From: Somniosus microcephalus
Lineage: Eukaryota
Direction: 5' to 3'
DNA length: 64,000 nt
Assembly: GCA_052327205.1 (NCBI GenBank)
Contig: CM126227.1
Coordinates: forward strand, 7,378,001 to 7,442,000
In this document: in pieces, positions 1 to 12,100 of the stretch
How positions within the stretch are numbered: position 1 is the stretch's first letter
Layout: each line of letters begins with the position of its first letter
The notes under the pieces: generated by a model
The model's database searches: none
What the model was told of the DNA's origin: nothing
Seen by the model: only the letters and a program-made list of their open reading frames with translations
Translations under genes and position numbers: made by a program

Positions 1-30
1 AGCTATTTCACCAGTGTGCGCACTTCAGTA

Positions 31-429
31 CAGGAAGCTTTTTTTATCCGGGACCGGCGTGGTGCCGGTTGATCAAGAAGTCCGGATTACAGAGAGGTAT
101 ACTTACCAAGGTACGAGAGTCCCGTACACAGCCACAGGTGCAGGAGCCCCGGTTACACGGCACTTGTGCAGGAGTCCCGGTTACATGGCCACAGATCCAG
201 GAGTCCCTGTTGCACGGCCACAGGTGCAGGAGCCCCGGTTACACGGCACTTGTGCAGGAGTCCCGGTTACATGGCCACAGATCCAGGAGTCCCTGTTGCA
301 CGGCCACAGGTGCAGGAGCCCCGGTTACACGGCCACAGATCCTGAAACCCCGGTTACATGGCCACTAATATATAGTAAAACTTACCTGAACCTACTCCTG
401 AATTTTGCCGGTTAAGAGAGAGTTTCCTG
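31..429 (+). mobile_element. Non-autonomous Tigger/pogo-like MITE, family A, with internal 28-29-bp minisatellite (121-367)
   Basis: TA|CAGGAAGC..TATCCGG ... CCGGTTAAGAGAGAGTTTCCTG|TA (imperfect TIRs, TA target). Homologous to 11289-11845 and 20659-20943. Confidence 0.8.
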
Positions 430-811
430 TACTGGGGGCTCGATGTAGTGTTCCATATGTATCTGCGTAATGTGAACCCATGTTCACTGGTATTTGAAGC
501 GACAAACATGTTTATGGATGGTACATGTGCTGAGCTAGATTTCAGAAGAGCTGATGCTAACTCCACTCATGGTTTAGTAGATATATACACTGCCCCAGTG
601 CATTATTGAATCATACAGACCAGGCATATTCCAGATTCAATCCCCGCATCTGCTCAGTTTACTGGTCTTGGCTGGGACGGTAATAGGGTTGCTGCACTTT
701 GACCTCAGTGACCCTGCACAGCGCTGATTAGTGAGCAGGACTTGGCCAGGATAAGATACGGGCAGCAGAGTTTTGGATGGGCTGAGGTTATTTCGGTCAC
801 ACACTTGTGAC

Positions 812-973
812 CAGTGTTCCCTGTAAGCTGCGCTTTGTTCTGCGTGGCCTGTTTCTTTTAATGCACGGTCCCTTTAAATTTCTGCGCATGCGCGGTATTT
901 ACAATGTAAAAGCCGGTGAGCGGCCTGTGCGGGACTTTTCAGATTACGGTGTGACCGCGTGTGCGGAACATTG
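812..973. mobile_element. Non-autonomous hAT element
   Basis: TIRs CAGTGTTCC/GGAACATTG with a perfect 8-bp TSD CTTGTGAC (804-811, 974-981). Confidence 0.85.
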
Positions 974-3364
974 CTTGTGACCCGTTCCTGCATGATTCAT
1001 TTATCGCAGATGGGAAATTTATTTGTTACAGATTGTTGTTTTGTTCAGTAGTGGGCTTCAAGGTGTACATATTATGGCAAGTGTACTATGTCAGTGACAT
1101 TTTAGCAATCACTGGCGCAGTTAAAAATCCTGATTTTCCGTTTTTTTTCTTTTCCGAGTTGGTTGATCCCATCTTGGGCAACAGTGTGGGCACTACATTT
1201 GGCATCAATGCTCCAGGGCTAGGGAGGAGAAAAATCCGTGGGGATACCTGCTCCCAATCATTAACCAGCTCTGTTGAAAGTGTGCTTGTGTACATGGGCT
1301 GAGGCCAGGATCAGGTTGTCTGTGATACCCCTATGGTTCAATAGTCTGACTCTCAGTGCTCGGACTTGAATAATGCAGTTCCTTCGTCCGCATTAGGTCT
1401 GACATGTGGAAACCTGTCGCTCTGTTTCAGTGTCCAATTTAAACTACTGAAACATTACCATCCACTAGTACTGTTTCTATGTGTCCAATATGGATTGAAT
1501 ACTTTCTTCCCATAGGGATTTATCTCACTTACCTAATTACAGAAAACTTAGTTGTAAGTTGATAGAGCAAAGATACAGAAAGTACATTACCACCATTCTC
1601 CTGCCCACAGCGCTAGCATACACCACAGCCAGTACAGTGGTGTTCTAGTCTTGGTCTATATTCCCCCCTCCCTCCCCACCCTGCAGTTTCTAGATAGTAC
1701 AGGAATTTCTGGCATGTAAGACCTGTTTTTGATGAGATAACCTTCGAATCATCCTCTGGTATCTGTTTGCACAAATGTAAATTCCGTTAAACCAGAGTTT
1801 ATTGATGTTAAGAAGGGATAGAATCATCATTCTGCAATCTGCACTGAAAGTCTGCACCGCCACCAGAGGCAGCTAGTAAGCTTGAAACTTAATGCATAGC
1901 CCATACTACTCTGGCTCAAAATACAATGGCTTGCACGATGGCAAATTAATCTGAATATTGGTCACCAGATTTATATTCTGCGTTTTGTTATTGGATATTA
2001 CTTTAACTTCTTTGTTCACTTGCGATTCATTCCTTGGTATTTGCTATTATATAGACATTACAGATCTCTAGAACCTTTTGAAAAGTGGCCTTCCCACATC
2101 TTTCACCGAAAAGCCTTCCATTCAACCATGCTTTCCTTTCCCACTTGATGTCCACAATTTTCTTCCACCTTGCAGAGTGCTTGGAGATATTTGTCTTTGT
2201 GAGCTGGCACTGTAGAAATGCAAGTTGTTGAGGGACCAGAATCTCGGGCCTACTTGTGGCTTCTTCACAAATAGACAGAAGTAAATATTTTTAAATGGTT
2301 TTATGCCTCCTGGAGCCTCTGAGCATCGGGTGAGAGGTCGCGGTTCGACCGTGTTTGACAGAGTTTCGAATGACCAGAAGACATTGTGCTTGTGGTTTGC
2401 GGTGTCGCAGTTGCTCCAGATCTCACTTTGCTGCCTTGCATTTTCACACCCAAGTTATTCTGAGTTCATGCGGCAGCATGGTTTCTGTTCCTAGCTGCAT
2501 TGTTCTGCAGTGCAGTAATGCAGCTTGGTCAGAAGCACTACAATTCAGAAACAAGTTGTACAGCCACTCCAGGTGATTATTTACTCTGGTTACACTCCAG
2601 ATATGTAAAGAAGCAAATTTTGGAAAGGATGTGCTTCTATCGCAGTCAGTGGAACAGAATATCCGGAGCTGTGTGTAACAGGCTGCTGATCCGGTACCGC
2701 CTGATTTGATCCATCGCCCGAGACAAATTTCTAGGCCTAAGTCTGTATGTCACTCCTTTTTTAAAAAAACCTGAAGTGATGAAGGATTAATTTACTTGGT
2801 TAATACGTACACTGGCCACTGTGGCACTGAGCCATATACTGTACTGACCAGTCCGGTGTCGGGTTCAATCGCAGGCCTGTGCTGTGTTGGCTGATCTCGG
2901 CTATGATAGCAATTGACGCGTTACAGTTGATCTCATTCCCTTGGCTTAGAAAGGGGAAAATCAGCCAGAGTTCATCCTCGTGATCCACTACGCAGTGACA
3001 CCTGCTAATAAAAGAGTTCAAGCTATCAGAGAGCTGCAGGTGCTCTTGTAAATGTAGCCCAGTGTGTGTTAGCACCCTCGGGGGGGGAGGAGGGGAGAAA
3101 GTTGGATTTTTTAAAAATCCAGTTAATCATTCTTTATGAAATTCAAACTGTCCTATCTTTTTTGGCATGTTTTTATGTTCTTCTGGCCTTTTAGAAAGTC
3201 ATTTTTAACATTTACAAGTTTTTTGCAGAGTTTGAGGAAACCACATTTTCACCGACGGTAGAAATTTATTTGGTGGGGGTACTTTAAAGGAGGTTCTTGG
3301 TGACAAAATGACAGTGCCTGCTACTGTATTTAGATAACCGTGGTCATCTAGATTTTTTAATGTA

Positions 3365-3807
3365 AAGAAAGACTTGCATTTATATAGCGACTTCCATGAC
3401 CTCGGGACATCCCAAAGCGCTTTATAGCTAATTAAGCAGTTTTGAAGTGTATTCACTGTTGTAATGTAGAAAACACGGCAGCCAATCTGCAGAGCAATAT
3501 CCCATCGAAATGTGATAATGACCAGATAATCTGTTTTTAGTGATAATGGTTGAGGGATAAATATTGGCTAGGACACCGGGGAGAACTCCCCTGCTCGTCT
3601 TTGAAATAGTGCCATGGGATCTTTTACGTCCACCTGAGAGGGCAGACGGGGCCTCGGTTTAACGTCTCATCTGAAAAGATGGCACCTCTGACAGTGCAGC
3701 ACTGAAGTGTCAGCCTAGATTATGGGCTGAGGTCTCTGGAGTGGGACTTGAACCCACAATCTTCTGGCTCAGGTGAGAGTGCTACCCACTAAGCCACGGC
3801 TAACACC
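3365..3807 (-). mobile_element. tRNA-headed Deu-type SINE (SacSINE1-like)
   Basis: A/B-box head (ggttcaagtccc), Deu-like core aaaagatcccatggcact, tail gcgctatataaatgcaagtc. Confidence 0.8.
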
Positions 3808-4814
3808 TGTATTAATGTTGAATATTTAGGTACTAGTCATTGAATGGATTTTGTAATGTACTGTAGAGGCTTGTTATAGATGGATTCAACACTGAGGCAC
3901 TGTAGCACAAAAAGCAACTTGCAGTTATATAATGCCTTTAATGTAAAACAGGGTCCCAAAGTGATTCACAGAGGTGTAAGGAGAAGGAAGTAGAAAGGTT
4001 TAGGGAAGCAATGTTGGTGTGGGGGGCCTAGGTAGCTGAAGACACGGCCACCAATCGTGGGGGCGAAAAGAGGGGTGGGTGGGGTGGAGCGAGTGCATAA
4101 GAGGCTGAAGCCAAGGAATGGAGAGTTCGGGGTGGTTGTACAGCTAGAGGAGGTTACAGAGATAAGCCGTGGAGGGATTTGAACACCAGTATGAGAATTT
4201 TAAATGTAAGGCAATGGGGTACTGGGAGTCAGTATTGGTCAGTAAGCACGGTCGTGATAGGCAAGCCGGACTTTTTGTGGGATTGGATACAGGCAGCAGA
4301 GCTTTGGATGAACTGAGTTTACAGAACGCGGCATGAATCTGGTGGGTCAGAACATCGAACTGGACCTAGTGTTGTGCTTTATTATTGTCTTGTCAGATAG
4401 TTTATGAAGTAGTGGAGGGCTGAGGTGATTACAGGTGCTTGTGTGCATGAATGTCCCGAGTTTCTTGAGCAGCATGTCCGGGTGAGCAGCAAGGTTTGTA
4501 ACTTGATGCTGGACAGCAATGAATATGTGATTGATTAATTATAGGATCCTCATAACTGCAGAAATACCTCTGTACTCTGCAGTACAGTACAATTGGCTGG
4601 TTCTGCAGGGGTCTGTGAGTGGGCATGTTGCAAGGGTATGTAAGTGGATAGGTTATTAAGTTTTGCAAATGTATAGTTTGGCAAGGTATTGACTGCAAGA
4701 AGTTGTGCATTTATCTCGGAAAGCGCTTTACACACAGTGAAGTGCAGTGACTTGTTATATAGGTAAACGCATGACCTAAAAAGATCAGCCATATAAATCA
4801 CAAAATGCGTTACT

Positions 4815-5740
4815 TTTTTTTTCCTCTGGGACTGGCCTGATGTCAATTTCCATCTTCAGTGTCGAGAAGGGCAGGAGTTTCTGCTCGGATGTGCTGTTTT
4901 TTTTCAGCACAATTCGCGTGAAATCGACTGAGCCAGCAAAGATTGAGTAATTTCAAGTGCAAATTAAGTTCGGCGCAACTTGGGTTTCCATGATCTCTTG
5001 CGCTAGTTTAAAGAACATTGCGTTAAAAGCTGGTCCCGCCGACAAAACTGGCCACACCTCCAGATCGAATTAATCACCATGGCTAATTGTGCTCATTTGC
5101 GGGCCTTCGAGGAGGCTCTAAAAAATTCAGCTTTTTTTTTTTTAAGTGCAAGGGCACTAATTTTTAAAAGCTTTTATTTATTTTTTGAATGTAGTAAGAA
5201 ACTGACTACTGTACACCAATGTAACGAGCAAATGGTTCTGTATAGCTTTTAAGTCATTTTCAGTCATTTTAAAATCGGGTTACTCACAGGTGATGGCCGA
5301 GAGACACCCTGATTGAAAATACTTACTTTTGTGATAAACCCATTTTCAGCTCTATTACTCAAACTGCCAATTAATTTGTACTTGGAAATTACTCAATCTT
5401 TTGTACTGGTTCAGGCGAATTGTGCTTGAAATACCAGCGCAACCGAGCAGAAACTCCTGCCCTCCTTGACACTGAAGATGGAAATTGACATCAGGCCAGT
5501 CCCAAAGAGGAAAAAAACAATGTTACCACTCTTGCATATATCAAGGAATATTTTTAATGCAAATTAAAAGAAAAAAAAAGTTACATTCTAAAAACGCTGC
5601 CCGATTGCGCCGGTTCATGGCAGGTGTTACGTTTGGCGATCTGCAAATAAGTTTGAGCGGAAACTTGAGGGAAAAAGAACACACCTCAAAAACTAGCGTG
5701 CCCGGATCGCCGATTGCGCTCAAAGCGGAAACTCTTGGCT
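4815..5740. mobile_element. Foldback/MITE-like relic with about 150-bp inverted arms (4815-4967 and 5371-5517)
   Basis: gggactggcctgatgtcaatttccatcttcagtgtc and its reverse complement. The ORF track shows MTSGQSQR on both strands. The right end resembles the GAATTTCTAGGCC terminus family. Confidence 0.65.
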
Positions 5741-6055
5741 CCCTGCAGTCGGTAGCCAGAGATGGTTGTGGATTAGCTGGAAGCAGGTTACTTTACTGAA
5801 AGCTTGTTTATTCAAAACAGAGCAGTGTGGATGATTGACTGTCATGGGTTATCACAGAGCGTCTGAATCTCTCCAGTAAAAGAGCGCACTGGGGCAATTT
5901 AGGGTTTGACTGTGCGGTTGTGTCGACATATTGTGACATGCCAGAATAGTTTGAAGTGTCAGCACTGCCTAGCAGCAGTGGGTGATTGATCTGCACTTTG
6001 TATTGTCTTCCTCACAGCCTGCTTTGGAGCTGGATGGAGCGGGTTTTGAAGAGAA

Positions 6056-6179
6056 ATGACTGACCAGGAGAACAACAATAACATATCCAGCAACCCCTTT
6101 GCAGCTCTCTTCAGTTCTGTGGCCGATGCCAAGCAATTTGCCTCCGTCCAGAAACAGCAGTCCCTGACGGGGCCACAAG
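6056..6179 (+). CDS. UBE4A: UBE4A coding exon 1 (exon starts at 6018 with 38 nt of 5'UTR)
   Basis: Acceptor tcttcctcacag|6018; [41 protein letters not shown]; donor G|gtaagc, phase 1. Confidence 0.95.
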
Positions 6180-9100
6180 GTAAGCATACTTCCGAGCTTC
6201 CTCGGCTGTCTGCTTCCCAGTTACTAGCCGGTCGTTGATGGCAAGTTTTGCAAACACTAGGGTATCTCCTCCTTGCTAGTGAGCCTCCCTTTTTTTACCA
6301 TCCTGGGGTATGTTAAGAAAGTAGGACTAGAACAACAGCCTTGAAAAATGCAGCAAGCGAGTAGGTTGCATAGCGGTTTGCATTTTAGGTGTTTGCTGTG
6401 AAGGTGTTTCATGTGAATGCCTGCACCAGGTGAGGTTCCAACATGTTTTAAATAGGACTTTGTTGAGATTTAAATTTTGCGAATCTGTCTTTAGTCTAAA
6501 ATCTAAACATTGATTGGCAGTGTTTTTTAATTTCTCTAACAAAGGTGCTTTCATAGCACAGTACAGCACAGAAGGAGGCCATTCGGCCCATCGAGTCTGC
6601 GCCGGCTCTTTCAAAGAGCGATCCTGTTAGCCCCGCTCTTTTCCCATAGCCCTGCAATTGTTTTCTCCAAGTATTTATCTAATTCCCTTTTGAAAGCTAC
6701 TATTGAATCTGTATCCACTGCCCTATCAGGCAGCGCATTCCAAATCCTAACCACTCGTTGCGTAAGAAAAGTTTGTTTCAGGGATCTGGGTAACTGTGGC
6801 TAGTCAGCATATATTGCCCATTCCGTGCAGCATCAATCACAGTGATTGTAGACCAGACTGGGTAGTGAACCAGTTGCATTTTTATAACAATCTGGTAGCT
6901 TTCCTGGTTACTTTCACTGGTACCAGCCTAAAATTACTAGATTTAAAAAAAGACACATTTCACAACTGGAATTTGAACTTCTGACCTCTGGCACCATACC
7001 CTCTACACTGCTGTAACTGTGGGGTCATTCGTTATCCTTTATCAGAGCCGACAGGCTGGGGATGCTCCATTTGCAACTCTTGAGAATGCAATCTTTATAT
7101 TCGAGGGCACTGTCAACAGCGGGAAGAACGTGCGTCAGCTTTGGCTCTCTCCTAATGTAAAATGAATAATGGGAGACACTAAATATCACTGCCCCCATCT
7201 CCACGTTAAGTGACTGTCATTTTCAATTGTTTTAATTTAACTTCCTCATGTTGGCAAATTCTTGTTCACACATCCCCCTATTGTCAGCAGCATTCAGTGT
7301 TCAAAAGCGTTGCTGTAACACATCGTTTAAGAGATTCCAAAGATGCATACTCTTTAATCTAATGAAACCTCACGTGTTTCGCAGTACTAAGATTATTCTC
7401 ACTGATTTGCAATGTGGTGATGAGGAAGCTGTGTTTCAGATGGACCAAAGCGAAATTCTACCCTAGTCTCTGGGTTACGACAGTTTAGCTCAGCGCTTCT
7501 GATTGTTGAAGAAATCCAAACCATTCTCCTAGCCTATTGATAGGTAAGGGTACATACCAGTCGAGTAAACTTCAAAGTTTGCATGGTTATAGCATGTGGA
7601 ATTTTAAATATAATTTGTGGAGTCGGGGAGCTTATAATGAGGAGTATGACTAGAGAGAGAAGTCTTTACACAACTGAGAAAGGGAGAGGAGCCCTGTTAG
7701 CTCTGATAAGCACAGGAAGATTGTTTATGAATGCCCTTATCAGCAAGGAATAGTTTACTGAGGAATGTGGTGCAAGGATGTAAGAAGAGCTGTACCTGTC
7801 CCTTCAGAAAGGTACGATAGAGGAAGACTTCCAGCTTCTGCAGCGCAGCGGTTGAATGTTTGAGACGGTGGTTTTCCATGGGACAGATCATCATTGTGGA
7901 AGAGAAATCCTGGAAAAAGCAGAAAGAGATCTTGAGGAAATCGAAGGATCTGATCTACTCCCTAAAGTTCAGCCTTTGTTAGGAGTTTGGTCTTGTTCCT
8001 TGTCTGTTGTACTTGTTATGCTGAAGATCAAGCAGAAGATTAGTAGCTATTTGAGGAAATGGCTCGGGATGCCTAGAAATTTGACTAATATTACTATATA
8101 CGGCACAAAGATAAAGCTGCAGTTATTTGCTTCATTATTGGCAGAGCTCAGGGTTGGTAAGGTGCAGTTGGGATCTATGCCCAAGAAATCCCAAGACCCA
8201 GTGACATGTAACAAAGTGCCTGTATTATGATCTGGCAGGAAATAGGGTATATGGGTAGCTATAGAAAGAGCAGTCAAGTGCAATACATGGGGTGATTGTG
8301 GGAGCAGAAGTTGTTGATACAGGAGATATGTGAACAATTTTAGAAAGTAGAAGTAAATGGGAGAAGAAAGGGCAAGGTGGATGAGAGGGGCTCAGATGAT
8401 TTAGCAAAACACACAAGTTGGGATGGAATAGAGGATGTGAAGCTTTCCTGGCTGAACGTCTGAGGCAAGTCAGGATTTACTTAAAACGTACTAGCTATAT
8501 TTCTGAACCTATCCATGTAGGGTTGAGTAATCTTGGATGAGACTCCTATGACTAGGGGACCACTCAGCCACATTTTTTGAGGGCTTGCCCTATTCCTCTA
8601 CGATGTTGTCATGCACCTGAGGCACAACTAAAGTTTGAATGTAATGATTGGTAGCTACGGGGTGTAAAAGTTCCTGTAAAGGGAAACAAATTTGTATCTG
8701 TAGGAGGGAAGAGGAAGTAAGCCCTCTGGGGTGAGGCTACAACTATGCCTGACCTTGTGCTCACCGGGCATCCGCGTGCACAGTTTCTAGAAGGGGTCAC
8801 CTGAGCAGGAATTGAGAGCCGGACTCTGACTGCTTTTTCCTCTCCACAACCACGAGTGCCACGGCCAATTGTAGCACCGAACCATCTGCCCAGGCGGAGA
8901 TCAGCTAGCCCAGCACAGCAACAAACTTGGGAAAGGTTTAAACCGTCATTTGAGCCTCGTCTGTTTTATCTTGCTGTGAGCTCCCAGTCTTTGTGTGATT
9001 GTGTAAGTTCTTTGTGTTACACTCCAGAGTGTCCAGTATCTACAGAAGAAGGTTATGACAGTGAAGATTCGGACATCAGCAGTATTGAGAGCATCGACAA

Positions 9101-12100
9101 TGACTCGATTACAGACGCCAATCGTGCATTCCGCTCTCAAAAGGAAATATGTGAACAGCTCAACATCAATCACATGCTTCAGCGCATCTTTCTTATTACA
9201 CTCGATAACAGTGAGTATCCAGCATGTTTGTTTTTTTTGTTATAAATATTACGCTCCTCGAGGTGAGGGATGTTAGTGCCGACGAATGGAACAATTTCAA
9301 TTTCACGCATCAGTGGCAGTACCAGACATTATTAGGCTAGGTATATCGTGGGTTAGATCCAGAGTAACGCTCCTCCACTCTGCCCCAGCAATGTGCTTCA
9401 GCTCCAATCCTCAGGCGAGCATCCACTACTGCACCGGTGTGTTATTTTCCATTTCTGACACCAGCCATTATGAGCTCTCGCTGAGCGAGGCTGCTGGTTT
9501 AGTGGCGAGTTAGGGACACTTTTGTGCTGTGCACCCGTGACCACTAGGACCAGTATGTTTTGAAGGTTGAGTAGTTTGCGATCCTGAAGCCCTAAATAAA
9601 TTCCTTGCTGTGCAGAAGTTCTCCCGCTGTGTTTTGACTTTGAAGTGTCAGCCCTGGCTCAGTGGGCAGCACCCTCGCCTCGGAGTCAGAAGGTTGTGGG
9701 TTCAAGTCCCGCTCCAGAGACTTGAGCACAAAAATCTAGCCTGACACTCCCAGTGCAGTGCTGAGGGAGGTGCTGTCTTTCAGATGAGATGCTAAACCAA
9801 CCATCTGCCCCCTCAGGTGGTTTAAAAGATCCCATGGCATTATTTTGAAGAAGAACAGGGGAGTTCTCCCTGCTGCCCTGGCCAATATTTATCGCTCGGT
9901 CAGCATCACTAACAGATTGTCTGGTCATTATCACATTGTGGGAGCTTGCTATGCACAAATTGGCTGCCGCATTTCCTATATTACAACAGTGACTGCACTT
10001 CAGAAGTACATCATTGGCTGTAAAGTGCTTTGGGGGCGTCCGGTGGTCGTGAAAGGTGCTATAGAAATGCAAGTCTTTTCTTTCTTCCTGTCTTGGTTCT
10101 CCAGCTTATGAACTGGGTTTTGGTTTAATGGCTTATTTCGTTATTTTCTTCACTAATCCGAAAGGATATATATCTGCTTGTCACCTTGTTCCTCGGCACT
10201 GGGGTGACTATTGCTGTCAATACCTAGTTCAGGGCCAATGTCTTGCAGCATATCTATAATGATACCAGATATCGAGATCACTCATTCAGAAAGAGCACCT
10301 TATGCCGCAGGAATGCTAAACAGAAATGGGAAAACTGTATATAAATCAGTCTAAAATTAAAAACAAAATGCTGGAAATATTCAGCAGATCAGGCAGCATC
10401 TTGGAGAGAGGAACAGAGTTAACGTTTCAGGTCGTTGACCTTTCAGTAGAACAGTAAATGAGTCTGTCTGGCTTAGTCTAATCTCAGTTTAAAAATAAAA
10501 ATTTGAGACATGCCATACGGTAAGTATAGCATCCTTGGCTTGGACCCAAGCTCTCCACCACTGGACTTTCCGCAGGTCACGCTGGCTCTGTTGTTTACTA
10601 ATTGATAGAGATTGAGTGCTATGATTAGTCAAAGTTCCATTATCTGTGCATCACGTGACTACCAGGATGGGAGATGGCGAACTAGATGGACCATGGTCAT
10701 TTTTCATCTAGCAATTCCCATCTTCCTTAGAAGATTGGGGAAGTGCAGCACTGCAGCTTTTAAAAGTATATATTTCTTTTAAAATATATATTTAATAAAA
10801 ATTCATCCAGATGAGCAAAAGAGATTCTTTCCAAAGTCTGAAGCAGTTTGTTACCTTTTTAGTGTTGCGCTTGACCTGCCTATTCCATCCTGCGAATGCT
10901 CATTTTTATTACTGTAATTTTTTTACTACTTCCTCCTTCTCCCCTGTGCACTTAAACTGTAGCAATTATGTTTGCCTAAGTCGACTCTACAAGGTCTGTA
11001 GCTCAGCTCAGACTTCTGATGAATGACATTCATATATTGAGGTATTCTGGATGGTGTTTGTAGGTGACCCCAATCTGAAGGGAGGGAATGGGATTCCACC
11101 ACGCTGTGTTTTCTTGGAGGATATGGCCACAGACCTGGATGGACAGGACTGGCTTGACATGAACAACGTGGAACAGGTATTAATGTTTTCAAACGGCTGA
11201 AGTCCTTTTTATTGCCTGGGAGATATGGTTTTTAATTTCTGTGTTAAAGTTGGGGTACCCAAATGGATTACGACTCTGTAGTGTAGTACAGGAAACTCTC
11301 TTTTAACCGGCACCTAATATCTGGAAATCTCTCTTAACCGGCAAAATTCAGGAGTAGGTTCAGGTAAGTTTTACTGTGTATCAGTGGCCGTGCAACCGGG
11401 GTTCCTGCACCTGTGGCCGTGCAACCGGGGTTCCTGCACCTGTGGCCGTGCAACCGGGGTTCCTGCACCTGTGGCCGTGCAACCGGGGTTCCTGCACCTG
11501 TGGCCGTGCAACCGGGGTTCCTGCACCTGTGGCCGTGCAACCGGGGTTCCTGCACCTGTGGCCGTGCAACCGGGGTTCCTGCACCTGTGGCCGTGCAACC
11601 GGGGTTCCTGCACCTGTGGCCGTGCAACCGGGGTTCCTGCACCTGTGGCCGTGCAACCGGGGTTCCTGCACCTGTGGCCGTGCAACCGGGGTTCCTGCAC
11701 CTGTGGCCGTGCAACCGGGGTTCCTGCACCTGTGGCCGTGCAACCGGGCTCTCGTACATTGGTAAGTATACCTCCCTGTAATCCGGACTTTTTGATCAAC
11801 CGACACCACGCCGATCCTGTAAGTGCCGGATAAAAGAGTTTCCTGTATTAAGCCATACAGCCCAGAAGGACGCAGGCTTGTAGCACCTAAACATCTGGAC
11901 TTAATTAGCTGATCGGGGCTGGGTAAGAGGGTGGGGGAAGAAGGCTTGATGGACCAGCTGGTATATTCCTGTCCGTCAATTATGTATGTTCGTATCTCAG
12001 TCAGTCCAGCAGCAGGAGCACTGCAATTTGCCTTGGAGCCCCTGGGTATGAGGGAGAAATCGTAAGCTCCCTACTCCTGACGTCCAGTCACCTCTCTTGG

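Noticed and set aside
14-415. 133-aa and 99-aa ORFs
   Set aside because: Translations of the MITE-internal minisatellite
1-6017. UBE4A promoter or first exon
   Set aside because: No non-transposon CpG island or convincing first-exon donor; probably upstream of the window
9645-9720. tRNA gene (A/B boxes)
   Set aside because: Continues into a SINE body and tail; all such heads in the window are SINEs
11384-11748. CRISPR-like 29-bp repeat array and six-frame ORFs
   Set aside because: Units are head-to-tail with no unique spacers, the context is a eukaryotic intron, and no cas genes are present. The ORFs come from the stop-free repeat.
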